Source: an uncultured virus (IMG/VR IMGVR_UViG_3300033144_005150)
Taxonomy: Duplodnaviria; Heunggongvirae; Uroviricota; Caudoviricetes
DNA length: 64,000 bases
Virus record (IMG/VR): IMGVR_UViG_3300033144_005150
Reading direction: 5' to 3' (one strand)
Part shown: piece by piece, positions 62,449-64,000 of the stretch
How positions within the stretch are numbered: position 1 is the stretch's first letter
Layout: each line of letters starts with the position of its first letter
Made by a program: the position numbers and the translations under genes
Notes under the pieces: model-generated
What the model was told of the DNA's origin: nothing
What the model saw: the letters and a program-made list of their open reading frames with translations, nothing else
Database searches by the model: none

Positions 62449-63825
62449 GTGTCGATTAAAGTTCGAGTCAGGAACTTCCAGTCCGTCGAAGACGCTGAGA
62501 TCGTCATCGACGGGCTGACCGTCCTGACGGGTACGAACAACACCGGCAAATCGGCGTTCTTTCGTGCTCTTCGGGGCGCCTTCACCAACACCCGTGGCCA
62601 CGCGTTCGTGCGCTACGGGAAAGGCCACAGCACCGTCGATGTCACCTTCGACGACGACAAGGTGCTGACCTGGAAGAAGGGGAAGGGCGTCAACACGTAC
62701 ATCGTCAACGGCGACGAACTCCCCAAGGTGGGCCACGGTGTGCCTCCCGAGGCTCGTGTGTTCGGCATCGACTCGGTGGTTGCTGGCAAGACGGAGCTCT
62801 GGCCGCAGATCGCCCCGCAGATCACCGGTGTCAGTTTCCTGCTCCACGAGACTGGGTCCGTGATCGCCGAGGCCGTGGCCGACGTGAAGCGCGTCAACCA
62901 ACTCTCCCGAGCCCTGTCTGCGTGTGACAAGGACAAGCGGTCGGCGCGGTCGCAGCTCAAGATTCGCAAGGCTGACGCAAAGACCCTGGCCGAGAGGGCC
63001 GAGGGGTTCACCGGTCTCGATGCGGTGGCCGAGGGCATCTTTGCGTTGGAGGGTCGCCGCAAGAAGGCCGACAAGGTCACGAAGGCCCTCATCAACGTGG
63101 GCAAGCTCCAACAACGCCACAAGACCGCTCGAGAAGCCGTGGAAGCCTTGGAGGGGCTGGAGAAGGCCGAGAAGGCCCTGCCAGCCCAGGAGGCGATCAA
63201 GGCGAGTCAGGCCCTCTCACGGGACCTGGAGGCGGCTACCAAAGTTCGGAGCCGGCACACGGATGCCCAGGCTGAGGTGACGGCGCTGGACGGTCTCGAC
63301 GAGGCCGAGAAGGCGGTCCCAGATCCCAAGCGGACCAAGAAGGCCCAGAGCGTCGGTAGCGGCCTCCGTGGGGCTCGCAAGCTCCACGGGAGGTACACGA
63401 GCGCCAAGGCCGAGGTCGTCGCCCTGGAGGGCCTGGAGGACGCTCAGGAAGCGCTACCGAGTGAGGCTCGGGTCCAGTATGCCCAGCAGTTCCGCAAGGG
63501 TGTCCAGGTCACGGTCGAACTCGCCATGAGGTACGAAGGAGCCCTCAAAGAGCTTGAGGTCGCGGAGACGGCGCACGAGACGTTGGCTGGGATCGATCTC
63601 GATGAGAAGCTCATCGTGCGTGCAGGCAAATTCAAAAAGGCCCGTGGGAACGCAGTGAGTCTCAAAGAGCGCTACGTGAAAAACCGGGATGCCGTCTCGG
63701 ACCTGGATCGCAAGATCAAGGATCAGCAGGCAGAACTGGCTACTTTGAACGAAAGTCTCACCAGCGTGCTCGGAGACGTAGATGAGTGCCCGACCTGCGG
63801 TGGTGGCCTAGATCACGTTCACTAG
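62449..63825 (+). CDS. SbcC/Rad50-like ATPase, N-terminal half only
   Basis: RNFQS, GTNNTGKS, Q-loop, coiled coil, ends at the CPTC hook. Confidence 0.8.
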   Translation: MSIKVRVRNFQSVEDAEIVIDGLTVLTGTNNTGKSAFFRALRGAFTNTRGHAFVRYGKGHSTVDVTFDDDKVLTWKKGKGVNTYIVNGDELPKVGHGVPPEARVFGIDSVVAGKTELWPQIAPQITGVSFLLHETGSVIAEAVADVKRVNQLSRALSACDKDKRSARSQLKIRKADAKTLAERAEGFTGLDAVAEGIFALEGRRKKADKVTKALINVGKLQQRHKTAREAVEALEGLEKAEKALPAQEAIKASQALSRDLEAATKVRSRHTDAQAEVTALDGLDEAEKAVPDPKRTKKAQSVGSGLRGARKLHGRYTSAKAEVVALEGLEDAQEALPSEARVQYAQQFRKGVQVTVELAMRYEGALKELEVAETAHETLAGIDLDEKLIVRAGKFKKARGNAVSLKERYVKNRDAVSDLDRKIKDQQAELATLNESLTSVLGDVDECPTCGGGLDHVH

Positions 63826-63845
63826 GTTGCGTACAAAGGGCGACC

Positions 63846-64000
63846 ATGCCCTCTCTCAACCTGCGCAAGTTCAATCAGGCGATCGTCGATGCTGAGCTGG
63901 CTGGCCTGTCGGACTACGCGGGTCCTCCGTGCAAAGCGAAACTCCAGCACGTTGAGGAAGACGGCACAACGACGCGCGACACCATTCGTCGAACTTGCAA
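63846..64000 (+). CDS. Partial hypothetical protein
   Basis: ATG at 63846, open to the window end. Confidence 0.4.
   Translation, partial: MPSLNLRKFNQAIVDAELAGLSDYAGPPCKAKLQHVEEDGTTTRDTIRRTC

Noticed and set aside
60823..63120. Long antisense ORFs (also 15791..17368, 33059..34858 and others)
   Set aside because: Expected shadows of GC3-rich genes on the opposite strand.
1..64000. Alternative genetic code (stop codon reassignment)
   Set aside because: Conserved genes are intact under code 11 and end in TAA, TAG or TGA; no suppressor tRNA was found.

Overview
This is a 64-kb, GC-rich segment of what is almost certainly a large (jumbo) bacteriophage genome; no capsid or terminase gene was recognised in the window. 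Modules in order: (1) 0-8 kb, translation and nucleoid genes: an H1-like basic protein, 14 tRNAs grouped by amino acid (Arg, Ser x4, Gly x3, Ala x3, Trp x2, Cys), full-length ribosomal protein bL12, TrpRS and an RRM protein. Two short leader peptides missing from the ORF track carry codons that mirror the downstream tRNAs. One has a complete trp-type 1:2/2:3/3:4 attenuator fold, and both share a 15/17-identical upstream motif. Two tRNA-shaped RNAs have the anticodon loop replaced by a structured domain. (2) 12-24 kb, one minus-strand operon with a complete deamidating NAD salvage route (pncA, pncB, nadD, nadE), NrtR, a Nudix hydrolase and an ADP-ribosylglycohydrolase, interleaved with a vWA/PP2C/kinase (TerY-P-like) triad. 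(3) 24-32 kb, a divergent CobS-like/CobT-like pair, a tyrosine-phosphatase-like protein and a HiPIP-like protein. (4) 33-46 kb, a family of unknown proteins sharing repeated motifs, plus an HU with an inserted domain, a C39 peptidase and a sigma-like protein. (5) 47-64 kb, replication and recombination genes: holB/holA-like, class II RNR, RecD2 and RecA each with a P-loop intein, SSB-like, RuvC-like and a half SbcC. All assignments come from motif recognition by eye; no searches or folding programs were run.
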